A DNA stretch of 64,000 nucleotides from Gammaproteobacteria bacterium (lineage in GTDB: Bacteria > Pseudomonadota > Gammaproteobacteria > Nevskiales > Nevskiaceae). The notes under the pieces were generated by a model. The model saw nothing but the letters and a program-made list of their open reading frames with translations. It had not been told where the DNA came from and did not search any database. The first letter of the stretch is position 1. Every line of letters starts with the position of its first letter. The stretch lies in assembly GCA_016182805.1 (NCBI GenBank), contig JACPFV010000003.1, forward strand, positions 16,285 through 80,284. Direction: 5' to 3'. A program made the position numbers and the translations under genes. Of the stretch, positions 19,153-28,462 are shown one piece after another.

Positions 19153-19665
19153 ATGAGCCAATCCCTCGCTTCGAGCGCCGCCAGCCTTGCATTCCTTATG
19201 CTCGCGCTAAGTGGACCCGCCGCTTCGGCGGAATCGGCCAAGACCTGGTCCGAACGGCCGGAATGCCGGCTGCTGGGGAGCATCCACTATCGGTTGGCAA
19301 AGTATCGGGACGAACAGGCTCCCATGGAATTTGCCGCCTCCAGCGTCAGCGTCTGGGTGACGGAAAAGGGTCGGACGGGCAGCCATCTGCGCCACGACTA
19401 CAGCAAGGCCGTCGGCGGCATCGCGAAGTTCGTCTATGCGCAAAAAGAACTCTCGAAGCACAGCTTGGGCTACTACGGGACGTACTCCTGCGCCCTGAAC
19501 CAGGCGCACCGCGACAATCCCGACCGGGCTCTGACCGGCGTCTATCTTCTGGCGCAGTCCGCGCCGGCCTGCCAGCAGAAGCACGGCGAAAACCTGGCCG
19601 AGTTGGAGCGCTGCTTTCGCGAGGAAGAGACTTCCATCCACGCGCGGCTTGCCGGCAACCGGTAA
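19153..19665 (+). CDS. Hypothetical secreted protein
   Basis: A signal-peptide-like N-terminus (LAFLMLALSGPAASAES) and four Cys are present. Codon usage is visibly less GC-biased than in the neighbouring genes. I recognised no family. Confidence 0.6.
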   Translation: MSQSLASSAASLAFLMLALSGPAASAESAKTWSERPECRLLGSIHYRLAKYRDEQAPMEFAASSVSVWVTEKGRTGSHLRHDYSKAVGGIAKFVYAQKELSKHSLGYYGTYSCALNQAHRDNPDRALTGVYLLAQSAPACQQKHGENLAELERCFREEETSIHARLAGNR

Positions 19666-19796
19666 AGAGTAACGGCGCTGTGTGAGTTGCCCCGCAGAAG
19701 GGCCGCGGCGCGCAAGGCTCGTCCCATCGGACGAAGCTTGGCGTTTGCACATCGAAATAATGGCGGACATCGCCCCAAGGCCGTCCTCCATCGCCG

Positions 19797-21533
19797 ATGT
19801 CCTCCTCGCAGCCCAGCACGGCTTCACTCGATGCGGACAATCCCGCCGCCGCCCGCGCGACGCACGCCGATGGCACCCTGGACATCGAGCCGGCGCTGGC
19901 GGTGGAGAACGCGGCCTCGTTCGCCTGGGATGAACGCTGCGACGTGCTGGTTGTGGGCTTCGGCGCGGCCGGCGCGGCGGCGGCGATCGCGGCGAAGGAG
20001 GCCGGCGCCGCGGTGCTGCTGGCGGATCGCTTCGAAGGCGGCGGCGCAACCGAAAAGAGCGGCGGCGTGGTCTATGCCGGCGGCGGCACGCCGCACCAGC
20101 GCAAGCTGGGCTACGAGGACACGCCGGAGGCGATGTTCCGCTACCTGCGCCTGGAGGTCGGCGACGCGGTCGGCGAGGCCACGCTGCGGCGCTTCTGCGA
20201 GGACAGCCCGGCGCTGATCGGCTGGCTGGAGTCGCTGGGCGCCAATTTCGAATCCAGCGAGCCGCCGCCCAAGACCTCGTATCCCAAGGACGGCGTCTAC
20301 CTCTACTACTCCGGCAACGAGGCGGTCGAGCGTTACGCGAAAGAGGCCAAGCCCGCGCCGCGCGGCCATCGCACCCGCGGGAGCTGGCTGTCCGGCAAGG
20401 CCTTGTTCGGCTTCCTGCGCGCGAGGGTCGAAAGCCTCGGCATTCCGGTGCTGCGCCAGGCGGGCGCGCGGCGGCTCATCACGGACCGCGCCACGGGCGC
20501 GGTGCTGGGCGCGGAGTTGTACCGGCTGCCGCCCGGGTCCAAGGCGGCGCAACGCCACCGGCGACTGATGCGCTGGGCCGAAGCGATCCACAACTTCGCC
20601 GGCAGCCTGGCCGACAAGCTGCGCGCCAAGGCGCTCGAGCTGGAGCGGCGCGAAGCCAAGCCGCTGCGCGTCCGCGCCGCGCGCGGCGTCGTGTTGACCG
20701 CCGGTGGCTTTGTGTTCAACCGCACCATGCTGGCGCAGCACGCGCCGAAGTACCTGCACAACATGCGCCTGGGCGCCACCGGCTGCGACGGCAGCGGCAT
20801 CCGCCTGGGCCAGTCCGTGGGCGGCGCCGTCGCACGCATGCAGCGCGTATCGGCCTGGCGCTTCATCAACCCGCCGACGGCCTGGCCCAAGGGCGTGGTG
20901 GTGAACCGCGAGGGCCGACGCTTCTGCAACGAGCAGGTCTATGGCGCGACGCTGGGCGTAGAGATGTGCGAGCAGCACGAGGGCCGCGCCTGGCTGATCC
21001 TGGACGCCAAGCTGCGGCGCGCCGCGATCCGCGAGGCACTGTTCGGCAAGCTGTGGCCGTTCCAGAGCATCCCGGCGCTGCTGCTGATGCTGTTCGCGCC
21101 GCGCGCGCGCACGCTGGAGCAGCTCGCCGCCAGACTCGGCTTCTCCGCCGAGGCCCTGCGCGACACCGTCAACACCTGCAACAACGCGGCGCGCGGCCTC
21201 TCGCCGGATCCGCTCGGCAAGAGCGCCGCGTACCTCGCGCCGGTCGAGCAGAGGCCGTTCTACGCCCTCGACATATCCGCCGCCAACCGCGGCTTCCCCT
21301 GCCCTTCGATCACGCTGGGCGGGTTGCGCGTGGACGAAACCGGCGGGGCGGTACTGAACGCGGGCGGGCAACCGGTCGCCGGCCTGTACGCCGCCGGGCG
21401 CTCGGCGGTGGGCATCGCTTCCAACAATTACGTCAGCGGGCTGTCGCTGGCCGATTGCCTGTGGTCCGGCCGTCGTGCCGGCGCGGCGGCGGCCCAGGCG
21501 CCCGCGTCCGCGGCTGCACAGCGCGCAGCCTGA
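19797..21533 (+). CDS. FAD-dependent oxidoreductase, KstD/fumarate-reductase-like
   Basis: The dinucleotide-binding motif VVGFGAAGAAAA is present, and the C-terminal block GLYAAGR is typical of this flavoprotein family. Confidence 0.8.
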   Translation: MSSSQPSTASLDADNPAAARATHADGTLDIEPALAVENAASFAWDERCDVLVVGFGAAGAAAAIAAKEAGAAVLLADRFEGGGATEKSGGVVYAGGGTPHQRKLGYEDTPEAMFRYLRLEVGDAVGEATLRRFCEDSPALIGWLESLGANFESSEPPPKTSYPKDGVYLYYSGNEAVERYAKEAKPAPRGHRTRGSWLSGKALFGFLRARVESLGIPVLRQAGARRLITDRATGAVLGAELYRLPPGSKAAQRHRRLMRWAEAIHNFAGSLADKLRAKALELERREAKPLRVRAARGVVLTAGGFVFNRTMLAQHAPKYLHNMRLGATGCDGSGIRLGQSVGGAVARMQRVSAWRFINPPTAWPKGVVVNREGRRFCNEQVYGATLGVEMCEQHEGRAWLILDAKLRRAAIREALFGKLWPFQSIPALLLMLFAPRARTLEQLAARLGFSAEALRDTVNTCNNAARGLSPDPLGKSAAYLAPVEQRPFYALDISAANRGFPCPSITLGGLRVDETGGAVLNAGGQPVAGLYAAGRSAVGIASNNYVSGLSLADCLWSGRRAGAAAAQAPASAAAQRAA

Positions 21534-21552
21534 ACCGAAAAGGAGCAGCAGG

Positions 21553-22317
21553 ATGGGACGAGTGCAGAACAAGGTCGCGATCGTCACCGGCGCCGCCGGC
21601 GGCCTGGGCGCCGAGGACGCGCGGCTGCTGGCCCGCGAGGGCGCCAAGGTAGTCGTCACCGACATCGACGAGGACGCCGGGCGCAAGGTCGCCGCCGAGA
21701 TCGGCGAGAACGCGATGTTCCTGCGCCACGACATCACCTCCGAGTCGGACTGGCAGGCGGTCATGAAGGCGACGACGGAGCGTTTCGGCGGCGTCGACGT
21801 GCTGGTCAACAACGCCGCGATCCTCGCCTACGGCACCATCGAGGACACCTCGCTGGAGCTGTGGCAGAAGATCCAGCGCATCAACTCCGACGGCTACTTC
21901 CTGGGCTGCAAGTACGCGGTGCAGGCGATGAAGTCGCGACCCGGCGGCTCGATCGTCAACATGTCCTCGCTGGCCGGCATTGGCGGCATGTCCTCGTTCT
22001 GCGCCTACAGCGCCTCCAAGGGCGCGGTGGCGGCGATGACGCGCAGCATCGCCGCGCACTGCCGCATGAAGGGCTACAAGATCCGCTGCAACTCGATCCA
22101 TCCGGACGGCATCAAGACGCCGATGGTGTTCAACCTCCACAGCACGCTCAAGCCCGGCCAGATGCCGGCCGTGCGCGACGCCAAGGAGGCGCTGTCGCGC
22201 ATGGCCGAGCCCAGGCAGATCGCCAACCTGGTGCTGTTCCTGGCATCCGACGAATCGGATTTCATCAACGGCGCGGAGATGCGCGTCGACAACGGCTGGC
22301 TGATGTGGGCGGATTGA
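21553..22317 (+). CDS. SDR, 3-alpha/20-beta-hydroxysteroid dehydrogenase-like
   Basis: The motifs VTGAAGGLG, NNAA and YSASKGA are present. The RBS aggag precedes ATG 21553. Confidence 0.9.
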   Translation: MGRVQNKVAIVTGAAGGLGAEDARLLAREGAKVVVTDIDEDAGRKVAAEIGENAMFLRHDITSESDWQAVMKATTERFGGVDVLVNNAAILAYGTIEDTSLELWQKIQRINSDGYFLGCKYAVQAMKSRPGGSIVNMSSLAGIGGMSSFCAYSASKGAVAAMTRSIAAHCRMKGYKIRCNSIHPDGIKTPMVFNLHSTLKPGQMPAVRDAKEALSRMAEPRQIANLVLFLASDESDFINGAEMRVDNGWLMWAD

Positions 22318-22325
22318 GGAACGCG

Positions 22326-23906
22326 ATGACTTCCACGGTACCCCAGGCTTTTGCGGACGTCGCGCAGCGCCACGCGCGGCGCACCGCCCTGATCGGCGAG
22401 GACGGCCAGACCCTGAGCTACGGCGAGCTGGATCAACTGCGCCTGCACGCCGCGCGCGCCCTGATCGCGCTGGGCGTGCGGCACGGCGACCGCGTCGCGG
22501 TGTGGGCGCCCAACGGCGTCGAATGGGTCGTGGCGGGCCTGGCGATCCACAGCGTCGGCGCCGTGCTGGTGCCGATCAACACGCGCATGCGCGGCCAGGA
22601 GGCGGGCTACATCCTGCAGCGCAGCGGCGCGCGCGTTCTGTTCTGCGCCGGGCGCTTCCTCGGCAGCCATTACCCGACCCTGCTCGGCGCGCACCGGCCG
22701 GCCGGCCTGGAAGCGATCGTCGTGCTGCGCGACGCCGCGCCGGGCGATCTGGCATGGACGGATTTCCTCGCTCGCGCTGCCGGCGTTCCGGCCGAGACCG
22801 CGCGGCAGCGCGCGCAGGCGGTCCAGCCCACCGACCGCATGGACATCATGTTCACCTCCGGGACCACCGGGCTGCCCAAGGGCGTGGTGACGACGCACGG
22901 CCAGAACCTGCGCGTGATCGCGGAATGGTCGCGGCGCATGGGCATGGCGCCGGAGGACCGTTACCTGGTGGTCAACCCGTTCTTCCACGTGTTCGGCTAC
23001 AAGGTCGGCTGGCTCGGCGGCCTGCTCGCCGGCTGCGCGGTGCTGCCGCACGCGGTATTCGACGCGCGCGCGGTGATGGACCGCATCGCCCGCCAGAGGA
23101 TTTCCGTGCTGCCCGGCCCGCCGACGCTGTTCATCAGCCTGCTCAACGACCCGGACCGGCCCAAGTTCGACCTGTCCAGCCTGCGCTCGACCATCACCGG
23201 CGCCGCCGCCATCGCGCCCAGCCTGATCGAGCGCATGCGCGCCGAGCTGGGCTTCAAGGTGCTGCTGACCGGCTATGGCCTGACCGAGTCCTGCGGCATC
23301 GTCTCGCTGTGCGACCCGGACGACGACGCGCAGACCATCGCCACCACCTGCGGCCGGCCGATCCCCGATACCGAGGTGCGCTGCGTGAACGAGGCCGGCG
23401 AGCCGGTCGCGCCGGGCGAGGCCGGCGAGGTGATCGTGCGCGGCTACAACGTGATGCAGGGCTATTTCGACGACCCCAAGGCCACCGCCGAGACCATCCG
23501 CGATGGCTGGCTGCATACCGGCGACGTCGGCGTGCTGGATGAGCGCGGCTACCTGCGCATCACCGACCGGCTCAAGGACATGTACATCACCGGCGGCTTC
23601 AACTGCTACCCGGCCGAGATCGAGCGCATGATGGCGGCGCATCCGGCGATCGCGCAGACCGCCGTGGTCGGCGTGCCGGACGAGCGGCTGGGCGAGGTCG
23701 GCAAGGTGTACGTGGTGCTGCGCCCGGGTGCGCGGCTCGACGGCTGGGAGCTGATAACGTGGTGCCGCGAGCAGATGGCCAACTACAAGGTGCCGCGACA
23801 TGTCGAGTTCGTGGACACGCTGCCGACCAATCCTGCGGGCAAGGTGATGAAGTTCCAGTTGCGCGATGCCGCGCGCGCGGCGCCGCAGAAGGAGGCCGCC
23901 CAATGA
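22326..23906 (+). CDS. AMP-dependent acyl-CoA synthetase (FadD3-like by context)
   Basis: The AMP-binding motifs FTSGTTGLPKGV, GYGLTE, TGD and the C-terminal PAGKVMK are present. Confidence 0.9.
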   Translation: MTSTVPQAFADVAQRHARRTALIGEDGQTLSYGELDQLRLHAARALIALGVRHGDRVAVWAPNGVEWVVAGLAIHSVGAVLVPINTRMRGQEAGYILQRSGARVLFCAGRFLGSHYPTLLGAHRPAGLEAIVVLRDAAPGDLAWTDFLARAAGVPAETARQRAQAVQPTDRMDIMFTSGTTGLPKGVVTTHGQNLRVIAEWSRRMGMAPEDRYLVVNPFFHVFGYKVGWLGGLLAGCAVLPHAVFDARAVMDRIARQRISVLPGPPTLFISLLNDPDRPKFDLSSLRSTITGAAAIAPSLIERMRAELGFKVLLTGYGLTESCGIVSLCDPDDDAQTIATTCGRPIPDTEVRCVNEAGEPVAPGEAGEVIVRGYNVMQGYFDDPKATAETIRDGWLHTGDVGVLDERGYLRITDRLKDMYITGGFNCYPAEIERMMAAHPAIAQTAVVGVPDERLGEVGKVYVVLRPGARLDGWELITWCREQMANYKVPRHVEFVDTLPTNPAGKVMKFQLRDAARAAPQKEAAQ

Positions 23907-24769
23907 CCGGCAAGCTCAAGGATGCGGTCGCCGTCGTCACCGGCGCCTCGCGCGGCGCGGGCAAGGGCATCGCAGTCGCGCTCGGCGCCGAGGGCGCGAC
24001 CGTCTACGTCACCGGCCGCTCGCTGAAGGAAGGCGACGCGCCGCTGCCCGGCACCGTCGCCGCCACCGCCGATGCCGTGACCAAGGCCGGCGGCCGCGGC
24101 ATCGCCGTCGCCTGCGATCACGCGAGGGACGCGGACGCGCGGGCGCTATTCCAGCGCGTGCGGCGCGAGCGGGGCCGGCTCGACATCCTGGTCAACAACG
24201 CCACCTTCCTGCACGACAAGCTGATCTAGAAGGGGCCGTTCTGGGAGAAGCCGCTGGATCTGGTGGACATCCTGGATGTCGGCTTGCGCTCGGCCTACGT
24301 GGCGAGCTGGCACGCCGCCCCGCTGCTGGCGGCCGGAGGCCGTGGCTTGATCGCCTTCACCTCCTCGTTCGGCGCGAGCTGCTACATGCACGGGCCGGCC
24401 TACGGCGCGCAGAAGGCCGGCGTGGACAAGTTCGCCAAGGACATGGCGGTGGACCTGCGGCCGCACGGCGTCGCCGCGGTCTCGATCTGGATGGGCATGC
24501 TGCGCACCGACCGCACGCGGCGCGCGATGGACGCGGAGCCGCAGAAGTACGCGGGCTTCTGGGAGATCGCGGAGACGCCGGAGTTCACCGGCCGGCTGAT
24601 CGCCGCCCTGTACCTCGATCCCCGGCGCATGGACAAGTCGGGAAAGGTGCTGATCGGCGCCGAGCTGGCGCGGGAGTACGGGATTGCGGACGAGGGCGGT
24701 CGGCAGCCGCCCTCGCATCGTGCGATGCTCGGCGGCCCGGTGCCCGCGCACCCCGCCATCGTCGAGTAA
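23903..24769 (+). pseudogene. SDR oxidoreductase interrupted by an in-frame TAG
   Basis: The motifs VTGASRGAGKG and NNA come before TAG at 24227-24229, and KGPFWEKP...YGAQKAG follows in the same frame. The two listed ORFs (23759.. and 24263..) share one frame. Confidence 0.75.
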
Positions 24770-25618
24770 ATGCGCAAGAAAAACAGAAACTCCGAGAAGA
24801 TCAGCCCCACCGCCTACGCCACCGGCTACTTCTGGTACCGGCACGGCCTGTCCCACCCCGCCCTGGTCACGGCCAAGGGCCGGCGCCTGGGGCGTGCCTT
24901 CGGCGTGCTGACGGCGGGCATGCGCCTGCTCGGCGGCGTGTCGATGGACGCGCTGATGCTGGCGCGACACCGCGGCATCGATGCCCTGCTGGCGCGAGCC
25001 ATCGAGTCCGGCCAGGTGCAGCAGGTGATCGAGATCGCCGCCGGACTTTCGCCGCGCGGCTGGGACTTCATGCGGCGTTACGGGCGCACGCTGACCTACA
25101 TCGAGACCGACCTGCCGGCGATGGCGGCCACCAAGCGCCAGTTGCTGGCGGATGCCGGCCTGCTGGGCAAGGGCCATCGCGTGCTGGACCTGGACGCCCT
25201 GGCCGATTCCGGGCCGAATTCGCTGGCGCAGGTGGCGCGGACGCTGGATCCGGCCAAGGGCACCGCGATCGTCACCGAAGGGCTGATGAACTACCTGGAC
25301 CCCGCCACCGCACGCGGCGTCTGGCGCCGCATCGCCGCGAGCCTGAGCGGCTTCGCGCACGGCGTCTACCTGTCGGACCTGTACTTGCGGCCGGAGCAGC
25401 GCGAAGCGGCGACCATCGCCTTTGGCGTGATCCTTTCGACTTTCGTGCGCGGCCGCCTGCACGTGCACTTCCACACCGCGGACGAGGCCATCGCGCAGAT
25501 GCGCGATTCCGGCTTCGCCGCCGCGCAGGTGCACTCGGCATCCGAGCTTCCGGAAACGCACGACCTGGCCGCCACGCGCGGCGCGGACCGCGTGCGCATT
25601 CTGGAAGCGCGCACCTGA
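24770..25618 (+). CDS. Class I SAM-dependent methyltransferase
   Basis: The motif I region VIEIAAGLSPRG and the downstream acidic loops are methyltransferase-like. The gene starts directly after the preceding TAA. Confidence 0.75.
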   Translation: MRKKNRNSEKISPTAYATGYFWYRHGLSHPALVTAKGRRLGRAFGVLTAGMRLLGGVSMDALMLARHRGIDALLARAIESGQVQQVIEIAAGLSPRGWDFMRRYGRTLTYIETDLPAMAATKRQLLADAGLLGKGHRVLDLDALADSGPNSLAQVARTLDPAKGTAIVTEGLMNYLDPATARGVWRRIAASLSGFAHGVYLSDLYLRPEQREAATIAFGVILSTFVRGRLHVHFHTADEAIAQMRDSGFAAAQVHSASELPETHDLAATRGADRVRILEART

Positions 25619-25637
25619 ACTTGCACGGGAGAACCAC

Positions 25638-26570
25638 ATGAGCCGGAAATGGACCGCGGCGGACATGCCGTCGCTGGCGGGCAAGCTCGCCGTCGTCACG
25701 GGCGCCAACAGCGGCCTGGGCTACGACACCGCCCTGGAGCTGGCGCGGCGCGGCGCCGAGGTCGTGCTGGCCTGCCGCTCGCGCGACAAGACCGAGGCCG
25801 CGATGCGCGAGATGCGGGCAGCGGCGCCCGGCGCCAAGCTGGAATTCATGGCGCTGGACCTGGCCGACCTCGCCTCGGTGCGCGGCTTCGCCGACGCCTT
25901 CAAGGCCCGCCGCAAGCGCCTGGATCTGCTGTGCAACAACGCCGGCGTCATGGCCCTGCCGCTGACGCGCACGCGCGACGGCTTCGAGATGCAGATCGGC
26001 ACCAACCACCTGGGCCATTTCGCCCTGACCGGCCTGCTGCTGGACCGCCTTCAGTCCACGCCGGGCGCGCGCATCGTCAACGTCGCCAGCATGGCGCACC
26101 GCTGGACGCGCGGCCTGGATCTGGACGATCTCAACTTCGAGCGCCGGCGCTACAACAAGTGGGACGCCTACGGCAAAAGCAAGCTGGCGAACCTGGTGTT
26201 CACCTTCGAGCTGGACCGCCGCCTGAAGAAGGCCGGCGGCAAGGTGCTGGCGGTGGCGGCGCATCCGGGCTATTCGGCGACCAACCTGGGCTTTGCCGGC
26301 CCGGCGATGGAAAAGTCCGTGCTCGGCAAGCTCTTCATCGAGGTCGGCAACGCCCTGCTGGCGCAGCCCGCGGCGATGGGCGCCCTGCCCACGCTGTACG
26401 CCGCCACCGCGGACGACATGCAGTGCGGAGACTACGTCGGCCCCGACGGCTGGCGGCAGATGCGCGGCCATCCGAAAAAAGTCGGCTGCCGCAGCCTCGC
26501 GCGCGATCCCGAACTGGGGACGCGCCTGTGGGGGCTGTCGCAGACGCTGACCGGCGTCCGCTACCTTTGA
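25638..26570 (+). CDS. SDR oxidoreductase (retinol-dehydrogenase/WWOX-like)
   Basis: The motifs VTGANSGLG, NNAG and YGKSKLAN are present. The RBS gggaga is upstream. Confidence 0.9.
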   Translation: MSRKWTAADMPSLAGKLAVVTGANSGLGYDTALELARRGAEVVLACRSRDKTEAAMREMRAAAPGAKLEFMALDLADLASVRGFADAFKARRKRLDLLCNNAGVMALPLTRTRDGFEMQIGTNHLGHFALTGLLLDRLQSTPGARIVNVASMAHRWTRGLDLDDLNFERRRYNKWDAYGKSKLANLVFTFELDRRLKKAGGKVLAVAAHPGYSATNLGFAGPAMEKSVLGKLFIEVGNALLAQPAAMGALPTLYAATADDMQCGDYVGPDGWRQMRGHPKKVGCRSLARDPELGTRLWGLSQTLTGVRYL

Positions 26571-26571
26571 A

Positions 26572-26823
26572 CTATCGCACCGCCGCGACCGGCACCACGC
26601 CCGATACGGCCATGGCGGAGAACCAGTTCGACACCGGCGCGGGCGCCGCGGCAACGGGCAGCTCACGCGCCATCGCCCGGCCGAACTGCGCCTTGCACGG
26701 CACCGGTACGCGCCCATCGGCCGCCATTGCCGCCGAGCCGAGCAGAACGGCCAGCGGCAGCACTGCGGAACGCGCGAACCGGGAGAACGGGATGCGGAAC
26801 GTGACGACGGACATGAGCGGCAT
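26572..26823 (-). CDS. Small hypothetical secreted protein
   Basis: Third codon positions are G/C-rich throughout and the N-terminus looks like a signal peptide. I recognised no family and the SD is weak. Confidence 0.35.
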   Translation of the reverse strand: MPLMSVVTFRIPFSRFARSAVLPLAVLLGSAAMAADGRVPVPCKAQFGRAMARELPVAAAPAPVSNWFSAMAVSGVVPVAAVR

Positions 26824-26858
26824 GGCTTGAGCCCCTACAATTAAGGCAGTAGTATTAT

Positions 26859-26874
26859 TAAGGATATCTCCTTA
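26859..26874. promoter_or_regulatory. Candidate TetR operator palindrome
   Basis: The palindrome TAAGGA-tatc-TCCTTA lies in the only AT-rich stretch of the intergenic region, ~25 nt upstream of the tetR start. Confidence 0.35.
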
Positions 26875-26898
26875 CATGTCAAGCGAGGAGCGGATGCT

Positions 26899-27621
26899 GT
26901 GAACGCAGACCTTCCGGACGATGCCGGCGACTCGCGCGCCGCGCGCAGCGCCGTCACGCGCGCCAAGCTGGTCGCGATCGCCGAGCGGCTGTTCGCCGAG
27001 CGCGGCATCGAGGGCGTTTCGCTCAACGACATCAACAAGGCCGCCGGCCAGCGCAACAAGAACGCCACCCACTACCACTTCGGCAGCAAGCAGGGCTTGT
27101 TGCAGGCGATCCTGGACAAGCACGAGCCGGGCATCGCGGCGCGGCGCGACCACCTGCTGGACGAGTGCGAGGCGCGCGGCGAGCTGACGCTGCGCAACAT
27201 CGTGCACGCGATGGTGCAAGCACTCGCGGAAAAGCTGTTCGATCCGGACGGCGGGCGCGATTTCATCCGCTTCAACGCGCAACTGGTGATCACGCACACG
27301 ACCGCTGCGCTACGGCCGGAGGAAGCCACGCTCAAGCTGAGCGAGGTGGAGCGCGTGACCACGCTGCTGCGCCGCGTGCTGCCCAATCTGCCCGATGAGC
27401 TGGCCTACCAGCGGGGAATCCTGTCCGCCTCGCTGCTGATGCACGGCATGGCGGAATACTCGCGCGTGCTGGACGGTCTCCAGGAGCAGGAAGCGCGCGC
27501 CCACGCCGCGCTGCTCGTCGCCGACCTGGAGGACGGCATGACGGCCCTGCTGGCCGCCGAGCCTTCGCCGGAGACGCGGGCGCTGCTCGCTACGATTCCA
27601 CGTACACCCGCAGCGCGCTGA
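26899..27621 (+). CDS. TetR family transcriptional regulator
   Basis: An N-terminal HTH is present (RAKLVAIAERLFAERGIEGVSLNDINKAAGQRNKNATHYHFGSK). GTG 26899 is preceded by gaggag. Confidence 0.9.
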   Translation: MNADLPDDAGDSRAARSAVTRAKLVAIAERLFAERGIEGVSLNDINKAAGQRNKNATHYHFGSKQGLLQAILDKHEPGIAARRDHLLDECEARGELTLRNIVHAMVQALAEKLFDPDGGRDFIRFNAQLVITHTTAALRPEEATLKLSEVERVTTLLRRVLPNLPDELAYQRGILSASLLMHGMAEYSRVLDGLQEQEARAHAALLVADLEDGMTALLAAEPSPETRALLATIPRTPAAR

Positions 27622-28462
27622 TCCGCTTCGGGCTGCGGTCGAAGCGCAGCAGTACGACACCGCGCCGGGCCTGCCCGTCGATCTCCAGCGTGAGGCTGGC
27701 CGTGACCGTGCGGCCGGCGGCGAGCATCTTGGTCCAGCCGCGCAGGCGCAGGCGCGACACCAGCTCCGCCAGCGTCGCGTCCCCGCCCACGGCCACCTCG
27801 ACCGTTGCGTCGGGTTCGAGCTGCTGCGCGGCCCACGCGGCATCTCCGCGCTTCCAGTTGCCGAGCAGCGCCTGCGCGCGCCGCTTGCCGGCGCGGCCGA
27901 CACCGAAGAATCCCCGCATGAAACCGAAAACGCCGCCCAGGCCCTGCCGCGCCAGCATGCGGCCGCTCAGCGCGGTGAAGGTCCACAGGCCCTTGAAGCC
28001 GGTCCGCAGCGCCTGCCCGACCATAGGCAGCAATTCCCAGTGCGCGTACAGGCGCCGGATGCGCAGAGCGCCGCCTTCCTCGGCGATCTCGTACAGCAGG
28101 TGCGCCGGAACATCCAGCCGCAGTCCGGACGGCATGGTCGTTTGGATCGTCACATCGCGCACCACGGTCGAGCCGCACACCAGGTCCTGGTTCGAGCGGA
28201 AGCGGATGGCATTGGGCGCGATGAAGGTGTCGTAGAAACGCTCCAGCGCCGCGCGCCCGACGTGCGGGCGCGAGCCGACGGGGTCGTTGACCAGGCCGTC
28301 GCTGGCGTACAGCGCGAGCCAGCCGGCGCGGTCGTGGACGGCGACCGCCGCCGGCGAGGCCTTGGCCGTCTCCAGCAGGCGTGCGGCCGACCCGGTCCCG
28401 GTACCGCCCCCCATCTGGGCCGGAACCGGGACGTGACGGCTCATACCCGTCTCAGGCGACAT
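27590..28462 (-). CDS. NTF2/SnoaL-like (ketosteroid-isomerase-fold) two-domain protein
   Basis: The N-terminal half has the SnoaL-like pattern (..WLALYASDGLVNDPVGS..GRAALERFYDTF). The start is ambiguous (28462 or 28444). Confidence 0.65.
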   Translation of the reverse strand: MSPETGMSRHVPVPAQMGGGTGTGSAARLLETAKASPAAVAVHDRAGWLALYASDGLVNDPVGSRPHVGRAALERFYDTFIAPNAIRFRSNQDLVCGSTVVRDVTIQTTMPSGLRLDVPAHLLYEIAEEGGALRIRRLYAHWELLPMVGQALRTGFKGLWTFTALSGRMLARQGLGGVFGFMRGFFGVGRAGKRRAQALLGNWKRGDAAWAAQQLEPDATVEVAVGGDATLAELVSRLRLRGWTKMLAAGRTVTASLTLEIDGQARRGVVLLRFDRSPKRISALRVYVES

